A DNA stretch of 64,000 bases from positions 6,951 through 70,950 of the forward strand of contig JAJOHZ010000026.1 in the NCBI GenBank assembly GCA_021209625.1, read 5' to 3'. Shown here piece after piece: positions 43,281-52,509 of the stretch. Under the pieces are notes generated by a model, which saw nothing but the letters and a program-made list of their open reading frames with translations, was not told the DNA's origin and made no database searches. The position numbers and the translations under genes were made by a program. The DNA comes from Erysipelotrichaceae bacterium. Lineage in GTDB: Bacteria > Bacillota_I > Bacilli_A > Erysipelotrichales > Erysipelotrichaceae. Each line of letters opens with the position of its first letter. Position 1 is the stretch's first letter.

Positions 43281-44251
43281 GATTGTTTAAGTACTTTGAT
43301 GAGTTTGCGTAAGATATCAAACATCGATATCGTAAGAATGACCACAAGTAAGGTGAATGATCCACGATTGACCAAGAGTTCAAACGCTTCATTTCCTGGA
43401 GCAATTAAACCGGCTATGTTATCTACAAACATGTTTTGTGTTGCAATGATGAAAAGGAATAAAACTAATGCTAGGAAATCAAAGAATGTTGAAAGAAAGA
43501 TGCGATTTTTAGCTTTTAAGCGGTAAATTGATTTGATAACACCACTGATGAGCATTGAGATTAACCAAACATTCACCCAGAGAATCCAAATATTTCGTGT
43601 GGCATGATTCAGTATTGGTGTTACTGTCCAAGCTGTTTGACTACCATTTGCTACTGAACTATAGATGCCTATGATTTGAGGTTGAAAATTAATAATAAAC
43701 ATCAAGATACTCACAAATCCGATTTCAAAGATGTTTTCAAGACGATGAGTTGGTAGTTCCACACTTTCTTTAGGAAGATCGCTCACACTCCATTTTTTTG
43801 TAACTAAGTCTTCATCCTCAATCTTGACTTGATTACGCTCAATAAATACAAATATGATGGTTACATAAGCAAATCCCATAATTGCAGCATTAAACAAAGA
43901 CAATGGATACTCCAATATTGTCCAACCTGTAATGGCTTGCGAAAAGATGAGTTTCATCGCAAAGATAACGGTAAAGGCTAAGGCTAGCGCAAACATCACA
44001 ATTCTTAGAATCATGATGTACGTATCATAGTAACGCGGTCCAATTAAGCTTTTCTCTTTATTAAGATAACGATCTGATAAATCTTTAGGCGAACCCATCA
44101 CTTCAAGTATGGATTGTATCGCTTTTTCATCCCCTTCACTTTCTTCAACCATATCCATAATTTGAGATGTAAGTTCTCTCTTAACTTCTTCTTTTATTTG
44201 ACTCGGGAGATACTTGACGACTTCACTAACATAAATTTTAATTAAGTTCAT
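43274..44251 (-). CDS. Multi-pass membrane protein with an N-terminal cytoplasmic helical module of the kind found next to PadR regulators (DUF1700/HAAS-like)
   Basis: The N-terminus MNLIKIYVSEVVKYLPSQIKEEVKRELTSQIMDMVEE..GSPKDLSDRYL is followed by about 6 hydrophobic segments. Its start overlaps the PadR stop (ATGA). Confidence 0.6.
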   Translation of the reverse strand: MNLIKIYVSEVVKYLPSQIKEEVKRELTSQIMDMVEESEGDEKAIQSILEVMGSPKDLSDRYLNKEKSLIGPRYYDTYIMILRIVMFALALAFTVIFAMKLIFSQAITGWTILEYPLSLFNAAIMGFAYVTIIFVFIERNQVKIEDEDLVTKKWSVSDLPKESVELPTHRLENIFEIGFVSILMFIINFQPQIIGIYSSVANGSQTAWTVTPILNHATRNIWILWVNVWLISMLISGVIKSIYRLKAKNRIFLSTFFDFLALVLFLFIIATQNMFVDNIAGLIAPGNEAFELLVNRGSFTLLVVILTISMFDILRKLIKVLKQST

Positions 44252-44583
44252 TGTTCTTCTCCTTGCATGAGTTGGTGCATCATGCTATGAAGGGAGTGAT
44301 ACTCCTTCTTAAGTGCAGTGTACAGTTGCTTGCCTTCTTCACTGATTTGATAGTATCGACGTTGCCGATTGTCGATGAGTTCCCAACTGCTTTCAAGTAA
44401 GCCTTGTTTCTCCAATCGCCTTAGCAAGGGATACAAGGTTCCTGCCTCAATTTCAAAATGATGATCCTGTAGTTTCTGAATAAGAGAGTATCCATATTCT
44501 TTTTGATCGAGTTGACTCAATACTCCTAGAATCAGTACCCCTCGTCGCAGTTCTAAAACCAATCCATCAAGTATTTCATTCAT
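44248..44583 (-). CDS. PadR-family winged-helix transcriptional regulator
   Basis: Contains ..GYSLIQKLQD..EIEAGTLYPLLRRLEKQGLLESSWE..RRYYQISEEGK.. Confidence 0.85.
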   Translation of the reverse strand: MNEILDGLVLELRRGVLILGVLSQLDQKEYGYSLIQKLQDHHFEIEAGTLYPLLRRLEKQGLLESSWELIDNRQRRYYQISEEGKQLYTALKKEYHSLHSMMHQLMQGEEQ

Positions 44584-44666
44584 AACATCACCACCTGTTA
44601 GTCACATTATAGTGTGTGTCATACACTATTGTCAACACGATATTAATAAATTCTATTATAGCCAAT

Positions 44667-44690
44667 AAAAAAACTGTGGATTTCCACAGT
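44667..44690 (-). terminator. Rho-independent terminator after rplA
   Basis: The minus strand reads ACTGTGG-AAAT-CCACAGT followed by T7. Confidence 0.75.
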
Positions 44691-44699
44691 TTAAATTCA

Positions 44700-45382
44700 T
44701 TATTCAGCTACTTTGATCCCAGGACCCATGGTTGTGGATAAAGTAATGTTTTTAACATAGTTTCCTTTAACCACTGCAGGACGAGCCTTGAGTAATACAT
44801 CGTAGATGGCTTTGAAGTTTTCAAGTAAAGCTTCATCTTTGAAAGATTTCTTACCAATGATGACGTGAATGTTTCCTTCTTTGTCAACACGGTATGTGAC
44901 TTTACCTTTTTTAATTTCGTTTACTGCATTTGCAACATCCATGGTCACAGTTCCTGTTTTAGGGTTAGGCATGAGTCCTTTAGGACCTAAGAGTTTCCCT
45001 AATTTACCAAGTTCTGCCATCATATCAGGTGTAGCAACGATTACGTCGAAATCAAACCAACCACCTTTAACTTTTTCAAGGATTTCTTTTCCACCGACAA
45101 AATCTGCGCCAGCATCTAAAGCTTCTTTTTCTTTAGCACCTTGAGTGACAACTAAGACACGTTGAGTACGGCCTGTTCCATGAGGAAGAACCATCGCTCC
45201 ACGAATTTGTTGATCCGCATGACGAGGATCCACGTTTAAGCGGAACGCAAACTTCCACTGTTTCATCAAATTTAACAAATGAGACTTCTTTTGCTAAGGC
45301 AATAGCTTCTGATACAGGGTTATGCTTTTAAAGGCACAATTTTAGAAGCTGCTGCTGTGTATTTTTTTCCTGATTTAGCCAT
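44700..45382 (-). CDS. rplA: 50S ribosomal protein L1, interrupted by two apparent 1-nt insertions in this sequence
   Basis: ATG 45382 gives [21 protein letters not shown] second frame gives ..[26 protein letters not shown] third frame (ORF 44700..45278) gives [26 protein letters not shown]... The frames rejoin at an A4 run (45326-45329) and a T3 run (45249-45251). The span is 683 nt. Confidence 0.93.
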
Positions 45383-45384
45383 GT

Positions 45385-45807
45385 TTATTCACCGAACCCT
45401 TCAATCACAATGCCCATGTTTTTTGCAGTTCCTGCAATGATTTTCATCGCACCTTCAACATCATTCGCATTTAAATCTGGCAACTTGTATGTTGCGATTT
45501 CACGAAGTTGTTCAACACTGATTTTGCCAACTTTATTGACATGAGCTTTGTCTGAACCACTCTTAACACCTGCGTATTTTTTCAATAATACAGATGCAGG
45601 AGAAGTTTTAAGTTCAAAGGTAAATGACTTATCTTCAAACGCTGTAATCACTACAGGGACGACATCTCCAGCACGATCACGTGTCGCATCATTGAATGCG
45701 CTACAGAACTGTGGCATGTTGACCCCAACACCTGCCAATGCAGGACCTGGACGGGCTCCACCCGCTGGGAATTGGAGCTTAACTACTTTTACAACTTTTT
45801 TACTCAC
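45385..45807 (-). CDS. rplK: 50S ribosomal protein L11 (GTG start)
   Basis: Contains ..KLQFPAGGARPGPALAGVGVNMPQFCSAFN.. Confidence 0.97.
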   Translation of the reverse strand: MSKKVVKVVKLQFPAGGARPGPALAGVGVNMPQFCSAFNDATRDRAGDVVPVVITAFEDKSFTFELKTSPASVLLKKYAGVKSGSDKAHVNKVGKISVEQLREIATYKLPDLNANDVEGAMKIIAGTAKNMGIVIEGFGE

Positions 45808-45895
45808 ACTATTTCCTCTTTTCTTTCATGTGCAGTGGTTTAACGAGCGGTTGCGCGCTCACCCACGTTTCAGCCTATACGACATAGGCCATTAA

Positions 45896-45924
45896 AGTTT
45901 ACGGCTTTTCCTGCCTTTTGTCAA
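45896..45924 (-). promoter_or_regulatory. Candidate sigma-A promoter of rplKA
   Basis: Minus strand: TTGACA (45919-45924), a 17-nt spacer, then TAAACT (45896-45901). It is followed by an ~85-nt leader with two GC-rich hairpins. Confidence 0.5.
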
Positions 45925-45925
45925 T

Positions 45926-45949
45926 AAAAAAACTGTGGTTTCCCACAGT
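45926..45949 (-). terminator. Rho-independent terminator after nusG
   Basis: The minus strand reads ACTGTGG-GAAA-CCACAGT followed by T7. It is almost identical to the rplA terminator. Confidence 0.75.
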
Positions 45950-45957
45950 CTTAGCAT

Positions 45958-46497
45958 TTATACTTTAAGGCAGTCTGAGTACGAAACCTCAGTCTTAATG
46001 GGTTGATTGAACATCGTGGTGTAAATGACCGCAACTTCTTCACTTTCACGCAGTTCAACCACTTTTCCTTCGCTGTTCGCAAATGGACCATTCGTGATAC
46101 GAACCATGTCTCCAACTGCGAAGTCAATGACACGTTTACGTTCTCCAATACGACTTAAGATGGCTTCCATTTCAATATCAGAAACTGGGAATGGTTTTGC
46201 TCCACCACCAGATGATCCAATGAATCCTGTTACCCCAGGAGTATTACGCACAATGTACCATGCTTCATCTGTCATGATCATTTCTACGAATAAATAACCC
46301 GGGAAAAGATTTTTCATTTTTTCAACTTCTTTACCGTTGGATTTAACTTCAACTTCAAGCACTTCCGCCACTAAGATACGGAATAAGTTGTCTTCAAGTC
46401 CCATGGACTCGACACGTTTCTCTAAGTTTTCTTTAACGCGGTTTTCATGGCCAGCATAGGTATTGACCACATACCATTGTTTTTCGATATCACTCAT
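45958..46497 (-). CDS. nusG: Transcription termination/antitermination factor NusG
   Basis: Reads MSDIEKQWYVVNTYAGHENRVKENLEKRV.. and carries a KOW motif ..GDMVRITNGPFANSEGKV.. Confidence 0.96.
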   Translation of the reverse strand: MSDIEKQWYVVNTYAGHENRVKENLEKRVESMGLEDNLFRILVAEVLEVEVKSNGKEVEKMKNLFPGYLFVEMIMTDEAWYIVRNTPGVTGFIGSSGGGAKPFPVSDIEMEAILSRIGERKRVIDFAVGDMVRITNGPFANSEGKVVELRESEEVAVIYTTMFNQPIKTEVSYSDCLKV

Positions 46498-46498
46498 A

Positions 46499-46678
46499 CT
46501 AAACACCAATACCAGTAACAAAGAACGTGATAAGGACTTGAGCTAAGACAAAGAACACTCCAAAAAGTGTTACAACCGCAATGACGGTCGAGGTATCTTT
46601 AAATAATTCTTTTTGTTTTGGCCAACGGACACGTTTTACTTCCGTCATGATGCCACTAATTGAAAACCATTTTAGCAT
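46499..46678 (-). CDS. secE: Preprotein translocase subunit SecE (59 aa)
   Basis: Below the track cutoff. My translation is MLKWFSISGIMTEVKRVRWPKQKELFKDTSTVIAVVTLFGVFFVLAQVLITFFVTGIGV, then a stop. A GGAG RBS is present and the position between rpmG and nusG is conserved. Confidence 0.88.
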   Translation of the reverse strand: MLKWFSISGIMTEVKRVRWPKQKELFKDTSTVIAVVTLFGVFFVLAQVLITFFVTGIGV

Positions 46679-46690
46679 AGTCTTGTCTCC

Positions 46691-46849
46691 TTATTTAGTT
46701 TCTTTGTGCTCAGTATGTTTACCACATGTTTTACAGTATTTGTTTAAAGATAAACGTTGTGGTTGCGTGCTTTTATTACGGGTCGTCGTATAGTTACGGC
46801 TTAAACATACACTGCACGTTAAGATGACTTTATCATTTTTATCAGGCAT
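46691..46849 (-). CDS. rpmG: 50S ribosomal protein L33
   Basis: Reads [53 protein letters not shown] trimmed the start to ATG 46849. Confidence 0.92.
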   Translation of the reverse strand: MPDKNDKVILTCSVCLSRNYTTTRNKSTQPQRLSLNKYCKTCGKHTEHKETK

Positions 46850-46902
46850 GTTAAAAACCCTCTCTAATTGCTCATTTACTTTATCACAAACCCCTATCAG
46901 TG

Positions 46903-47508
46903 TCAAATAACCTTCCTCAATGCTCGCTTAATCTTAAACATGGTATTATCGATCATTTTGCTCTTAACATCGCATTGTTTTGCAATCCAATGATAGGAAT
47001 ATCCTTGAAGGCGATAATCAAAGATTTGCTTCTCGAGTGGAGTACATTTCTGTAGCACTTGATTGATTTGGGATTGCAATTCTTTTGTTTTTAATACCTC
47101 TTGAGGTTCCTTCATTGAAGGAGGTGAGGCAATCACGTCATGAAAGTAATATTGATCTTCTTCATTGATGGTTTGATCCAAAGAAATGGCTGTTCTCATC
47201 GCTGTGTGTGATAAAGAACTGTTCTTTCTAAAATAGGTTTGCATTCGTCGTTCAATGCACACTCTCGCAAATGGAAACAATGGCATATTGCGTTGTGGAT
47301 CAAAATTCAAAATTGCATCCACTAAGCCAAGATTCCCTTCTTGAAAGACATCGTCTTGATCAAGACGCAAGGTCTTGATCACAATCATGTGTTTATGCAT
47401 TAACATGTAAACGAGTTTCTCATAGCGTTTAAGTAAAACATTCCACGCTTCATCATGATGCTCTTGAATAAGCGCAATCAACTGACAATCACTGATTTGA
47501 TCCAACAC
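46903..47508 (-). CDS. sigH: Sigma-70 family factor in the position of Bacillus sigH (sigma-H-like); GTG start
   Basis: Region 2 (..[19 protein letters not shown]..) and a region 4 HTH (..[27 protein letters not shown]..) are present. The synteny cysS-mrnC-rlmB-X-rpmG-secE-nusG matches B. subtilis, where X is sigH. Confidence 0.7.
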   Translation of the reverse strand: MLDQISDCQLIALIQEHHDEAWNVLLKRYEKLVYMLMHKHMIVIKTLRLDQDDVFQEGNLGLVDAILNFDPQRNMPLFPFARVCIERRMQTYFRKNSSLSHTAMRTAISLDQTINEEDQYYFHDVIASPPSMKEPQEVLKTKELQSQINQVLQKCTPLEKQIFDYRLQGYSYHWIAKQCDVKSKMIDNTMFKIKRALRKVI

Positions 47509-47530
47509 CTTGCTCCTTTAAGGCAATCCT

Positions 47531-48250
47531 TTAAGAGCGTTGACGAAGCACCTCATACACTAAGATTCCTGTAGCTACAGCCACATTAAGGGAATCCACT
47601 TTTCCATGCATTGGGATGGTCAATAAAACATCACACTGTTTCTTAACCAGGGATGACATCCCTTTACCTTCTGATCCCACAATGATCACCACTTTGCCAT
47701 TCAGTTGAGCTTGATGATACACCACCGCATCATTCACATCACTGCCAAAGATCCAATAACCTGCATCTTTCAGTGTTTTCAGTGTTTGAGCAAGGTTAGT
47801 CACTTCCACAATGTTAACTGATTCAATGGCACCTGCACTGACCTTAGCCACTGTTGATGTTAGGCTTACCGAGCGATGCTTGCCAATGATGACGCCATCC
47901 ACCCCTGCACCATCCGCAATTCGTAAGATGGCTCCAAGATTATGTGGATCTTCTAATCCATCAGCCACAATCAAACAACTGTGTTCTTTGTTTTGTGTGG
48001 ACGCAAGGACTTTCTCAAGGGATGTGAAGGTGTAGTCTGGGATATGTGCAACCACGCCTTGATGATTGGCATCTCCTACCATCGTTTTGAGTTGTCCTTT
48101 ATCCACCCACTGCACAGGAATGCGATGATTGATGGCCAATTGTTCAAAGGATTGGGTGTCACTTCCTTTTTGAAGATAAAGGGTATGAATCACTTTCTTC
48201 GCGTTTAGTCGCTCTTTAATTGGATTTCTACCGTACAGATATTGTTTCAT
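47531..48250 (-). CDS. rlmB: SpoU/TrmH-family 23S rRNA 2'-O-methyltransferase (RlmB/YacO-like)
   Basis: Contains ..LEDPHNLGAILRIADGAGVDGVI.. and ..GSEGKGMSSLV..IPMHGKVDSLNVAVATGILVYE.. Confidence 0.88.
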   Translation of the reverse strand: MKQYLYGRNPIKERLNAKKVIHTLYLQKGSDTQSFEQLAINHRIPVQWVDKGQLKTMVGDANHQGVVAHIPDYTFTSLEKVLASTQNKEHSCLIVADGLEDPHNLGAILRIADGAGVDGVIIGKHRSVSLTSTVAKVSAGAIESVNIVEVTNLAQTLKTLKDAGYWIFGSDVNDAVVYHQAQLNGKVVIIVGSEGKGMSSLVKKQCDVLLTIPMHGKVDSLNVAVATGILVYEVLRQRS

Positions 48251-48626
48251 ATTTCTCCTGAATGAAGGTCTTATAATAGTCCCATAATTGATTCAGACTT
48301 TCATGGTCTTGATGAATGTAATAGTATCCAAAAACAGCTTCACACCCCGTGGATAATCGATACGTCATGACTGTGGCATTCTTAGGAATGGTGTCAGCTT
48401 TATAGTTTCGACCCCGCAAGAAATATTCTTTCATGATATCATCAAACCACGGCTGATTTTGTGCATAAACAATAAAATCAGCTTGAGCTTGAGCACTCAA
48501 ATAGCGAATGGAAGCTTGAGTTAAGTCTTTACTTTTACGAATGCCTAGTTCCACAAGATGCGTTTTCACGACTAACGCTAAATAGGCATCCCCTAAATAG
48601 GCATAAACATTGATGGGATAGTTCAT
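48228..48626 (-). CDS. mrnC: Mini-ribonuclease III
   Basis: Contains ..NVYAYLGDAYLALVVKTHL.. (the RNase III signature variant of Mini-III). It has the same position after cysS as in Bacillus (yazC). Confidence 0.8.
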   Translation of the reverse strand: MNYPINVYAYLGDAYLALVVKTHLVELGIRKSKDLTQASIRYLSAQAQADFIVYAQNQPWFDDIMKEYFLRGRNYKADTIPKNATVMTYRLSTGCEAVFGYYYIHQDHESLNQLWDYYKTFIQEKYETISVR

Positions 48627-49948
48627 GAAAGAACACCACGTTCAATGAGTTGACTTCGATAGTGATCAGCTAAAGTAAAATCCTTGTCTTTTTTAGCTTG
48701 ATTCCAAGCAAAAACAAGCGATACTTCCTCTGTGGAAAGCTGTGGATGAGGTGTGGATATCCCTAAGATAGACATCATCTTTCGTAATGTTGTATCAGCA
48801 CTCACAATGTCATCTTTTGAAGAGGTTTTGCTTCTAAGCAACTGATTGAGCTGTTTGACTTGTTCAAACACCACACTCATGGCTAAGTTAATGTTCATGT
48901 CATCTTTACAAGCATCTAAGAAAGCCTCATACAATGGAGTCAGAATACCTGTTTGAAGGGGTAAATCCATCAAAGCAAGACGGGTTTGTTTGAGCACAGT
49001 TTGGATTTTTTCAACTTCGGATTGAGCTTGTTGGATGGTTTCAGCGCTGATGTTGAGGGGAGAGCGATAATGCGCCAACAACAATAACCATCGCACCACA
49101 TTACCACCCAGCTCTTGGATGTAATCCTTAGCCCATATGACGTTACCTAAACTTTTACTCATCTTTTCACCATCAATGTTAAGCATTCCATTATGAACCC
49201 AATAGTTGGCTAAAGCATGATGATGGGTTCCTTTGCATTGGGCGATTTCATTTTCATGATGTGGAAATTTCAAATCCATTCCTCCGCCATGAATGTCAAT
49301 GGTTCCTTTAAAATGATCTAAAATCATGACCACACATTCTGTATGCCAACCTGGACGACCTTCACCGAAGGACGAATGCCACTTGATTCCATGATCCGTG
49401 GCTTTCCATAAAGTGAAATCTAATGGGTTTTTCTTCTTATCATTTTTCTCAATACGAGCTCCACTGATCAAATCTTCAATCTTTTGATTGGAGAGTTGAC
49501 CATATTCTTCGATGGATGAGACATTAAAATACACATCATTCTCATTCACATAGGCAATGTCTTCTTTCACCATGGATTCAATGTAATCAATGATTTTATC
49601 CATGGTTTCAGTGACTTTAATGGTGATTGGAGTGGATGCATTGAGCTGTTGACGTACATGTTCATAGGCTGTTATGTAAGTGGTGGTAATCTCTTCTTCA
49701 CTTTGATTGGATTCAATAGCCTGTTTGATGATCTTATCATCCACATCGGTGTAATTGGACACAAAGTGAACATGATATCCACATGCTTCTAAAATGTTTT
49801 TTAACGTATCAAAAACAACGATAGGTCTTGCATTACCAATGTGGGCATGGTTATAAACCGTAGGGCCACACACATACATGCTGACTTCGTTCTCTTTGAT
49901 GGATTTAAAGGTTTCAACTTGGTTAGTATAAGAGTTATAAAGGCGCAT
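48623..49948 (-). CDS. cysS: Cysteine--tRNA ligase
   Basis: Contains ..MYVCGPTVYNHAHIGNARP.. (HIGH) and ..KMSKSLGN.. (KMSKS). ATG 49948 follows AAGGAGA. Confidence 0.96.
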   Translation of the reverse strand: MRLYNSYTNQVETFKSIKENEVSMYVCGPTVYNHAHIGNARPIVVFDTLKNILEACGYHVHFVSNYTDVDDKIIKQAIESNQSEEEITTTYITAYEHVRQQLNASTPITIKVTETMDKIIDYIESMVKEDIAYVNENDVYFNVSSIEEYGQLSNQKIEDLISGARIEKNDKKKNPLDFTLWKATDHGIKWHSSFGEGRPGWHTECVVMILDHFKGTIDIHGGGMDLKFPHHENEIAQCKGTHHHALANYWVHNGMLNIDGEKMSKSLGNVIWAKDYIQELGGNVVRWLLLLAHYRSPLNISAETIQQAQSEVEKIQTVLKQTRLALMDLPLQTGILTPLYEAFLDACKDDMNINLAMSVVFEQVKQLNQLLRSKTSSKDDIVSADTTLRKMMSILGISTPHPQLSTEEVSLVFAWNQAKKDKDFTLADHYRSQLIERGVLS

Positions 49949-50003
49949 AAACATCTCCTTATCACACACAAGTATAACATAGACTGATTATGGCATAAAA
50001 CAT

Positions 50004-50028
50004 AAAAAAAGACCGAGTTACCTCGGTC
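50004..50028 (-). terminator. Rho-independent terminator after gap
   Basis: The minus strand reads GACCGAG-GTAA-CTCGGTC followed by T7. Confidence 0.75.
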
Positions 50029-50038
50029 TGTGGGGGGA

Positions 50039-51070
<1,032 letters not shown>

Positions 51071-51113
51071 TTATAGTGCTTTACACCCACAATGTCAATT
51101 TTTTCACTATGTT

Positions 51114-52007
51114 TCAACGGGTGTGCATCATGATAGGTTTCTGTAATAGTCGGCTTAAATCGTGGGCATCTTCAATGCTTTGCTTGAACAATTCACTGCA
51201 TAAAGAAGGATGATGTAAGATTAACCAACTCTCTACTTTCTTAGTGATGGTTGAATGGGGAAAAAGCTTCTCAAAGCGCTCAGCACTGGAAGTATGTAGC
51301 ACAATGTGATGATGTAATGAGGATGCGAAACTAAGCAAACGTGTGAGTGTATCCACATCTTCATAAATCAGTTCCCTGATATCAACCCCATATGGGGTTA
51401 GCTCATATTCGATGTAGCCTAATACTCTATCTTCTTGAAGAAGACCTGCTCGTTTACGACGCGTGATGGAACTGGTTTGAAAAAGTTCAAAATTGGCTAA
51501 TTCTCGAATGCGATACGATTCAAATCGTTGCATGAAACGATGATAGGCTAAAGCGACACCTTGTAGTGGTAGTTCGAAGGTCACCATTGAAAATGACAAT
51601 GGTTCAATCATGCTTTTGGAGAGATTGACACTTTGAGTGATCACCCAAGGGATGGCCTTAAGTGAGCGCATAAGCATTTCATCTTCACTCATGATGAGGG
51701 TAGCTAAAAAGGTTTGAGCATGCATTTGACATCGCTCTTGAAGTAACGTCTTTAAATCATTGTGATCATCAAAGACACACCATGGAACAACCATGACGTT
51801 GACGTCATGTTCTTTCCAATGTAAGGTTTGTTTTTGCTCCATAATAAAAGCACTCATGAGTGATTCATTCATGGTTGCAACAATGTCACTTTCAAGCCAA
51901 TCGTGTTGAAACCGACCTTCCATGGTCGTGACTTCAAAAGAAGTGGCTTTTTGCTTCCACAATGCTAATGCTTGTTTACGTCCTAAAGCATTCGCGAAGA
52001 CAATCAT
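51114..52007 (-). CDS. Hypothetical protein (297 aa). The C-terminal half weakly recalls the central/C-terminal GNAT-fold modules of Eis-type proteins, but no acetyl-CoA motif is visible
   Basis: A long intact ORF whose start overlaps the preceding small ORF (ATGA). The segment ..DRVLGYIEYELTPYGVDIRELIYEDVDTLTRLLSFASSL.. is the only pattern I half-recognise. Confidence 0.5.
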   Translation of the reverse strand: MIVFANALGRKQALALWKQKATSFEVTTMEGRFQHDWLESDIVATMNESLMSAFIMEQKQTLHWKEHDVNVMVVPWCVFDDHNDLKTLLQERCQMHAQTFLATLIMSEDEMLMRSLKAIPWVITQSVNLSKSMIEPLSFSMVTFELPLQGVALAYHRFMQRFESYRIRELANFELFQTSSITRRKRAGLLQEDRVLGYIEYELTPYGVDIRELIYEDVDTLTRLLSFASSLHHHIVLHTSSAERFEKLFPHSTITKKVESWLILHHPSLCSELFKQSIEDAHDLSRLLQKPIMMHTR

Positions 52008-52237
52008 GAGATGTTCTCTTCTTCAATGATGGTGACATCCGCTTCCACATCAATCACGTTACTATTGGAATTACTTTGAGATGCATTGGAAGTTGAACGC
52101 TGTCCTGGTCGAAAAACCATTACTCGTTTAGGCGAAAACAAAATTAACGCCATCGCGACGAGAAATAGGAAAACAAAAACAGGCCATGCAACAATGAGAA
52201 TGAAGATGGATATCACAATCCATAGAAGTGATTTCAT
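52004..52237 (-). CDS. Small membrane protein (77 aa): one or two N-terminal TM helices and a Ser/Asn-rich tail
   Basis: Reads MKSLLWIVISIFILIVAWPVFVFLFLVAMALILF.. It starts 10 nt after the XRE gene stop and overlaps the next ORF. Confidence 0.5.
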   Translation of the reverse strand: MKSLLWIVISIFILIVAWPVFVFLFLVAMALILFSPKRVMVFRPGQRSTSNASQSNSNSNVIDVEADVTIIEEENIS

Positions 52238-52246
52238 AAAAGCCTC

Positions 52247-52453
52247 CTAGAAAAAATCCTTGATGTTGACCCCCAACCCTGTCGCAAGCTTAGCCACTAA
52301 TCGCAAGGAAATGTTTCTTCGTCCATTCTCCACATCGGATATGTAGTTTGGATGAAGGCCTATTTTCTTCGCAAGTGCTTCTTGAGTAAGATTTTGTTGC
52401 GTACGAAATTGTCGTAAGCGACGACCAAATAAATCTAGCACGGTATTTGTCAT
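52247..52453 (-). CDS. XRE-family helix-turn-helix regulator (68 aa)
   Basis: Contains ..LRQFRTQQNLTQEALAKKIGLHPNYISDVENGRRNISL.. Confidence 0.85.
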   Translation of the reverse strand: MTNTVLDLFGRRLRQFRTQQNLTQEALAKKIGLHPNYISDVENGRRNISLRLVAKLATGLGVNIKDFF

Positions 52454-52509
52454 ACGTTTCCCCCTAGTGAATGGTTTATTTTATTATACTCTACTCAATG
52501 TTTAATCAG

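Noticed and set aside
49949-50038. A possible T-box or other riboswitch leader upstream of cysS
   Set aside because: The whole spacer is only 90 nt and is mostly occupied by the gap terminator hairpin (50004-50028). That is too short for a T-box (about 200+ nt), and no specifier or T-box motif is visible.
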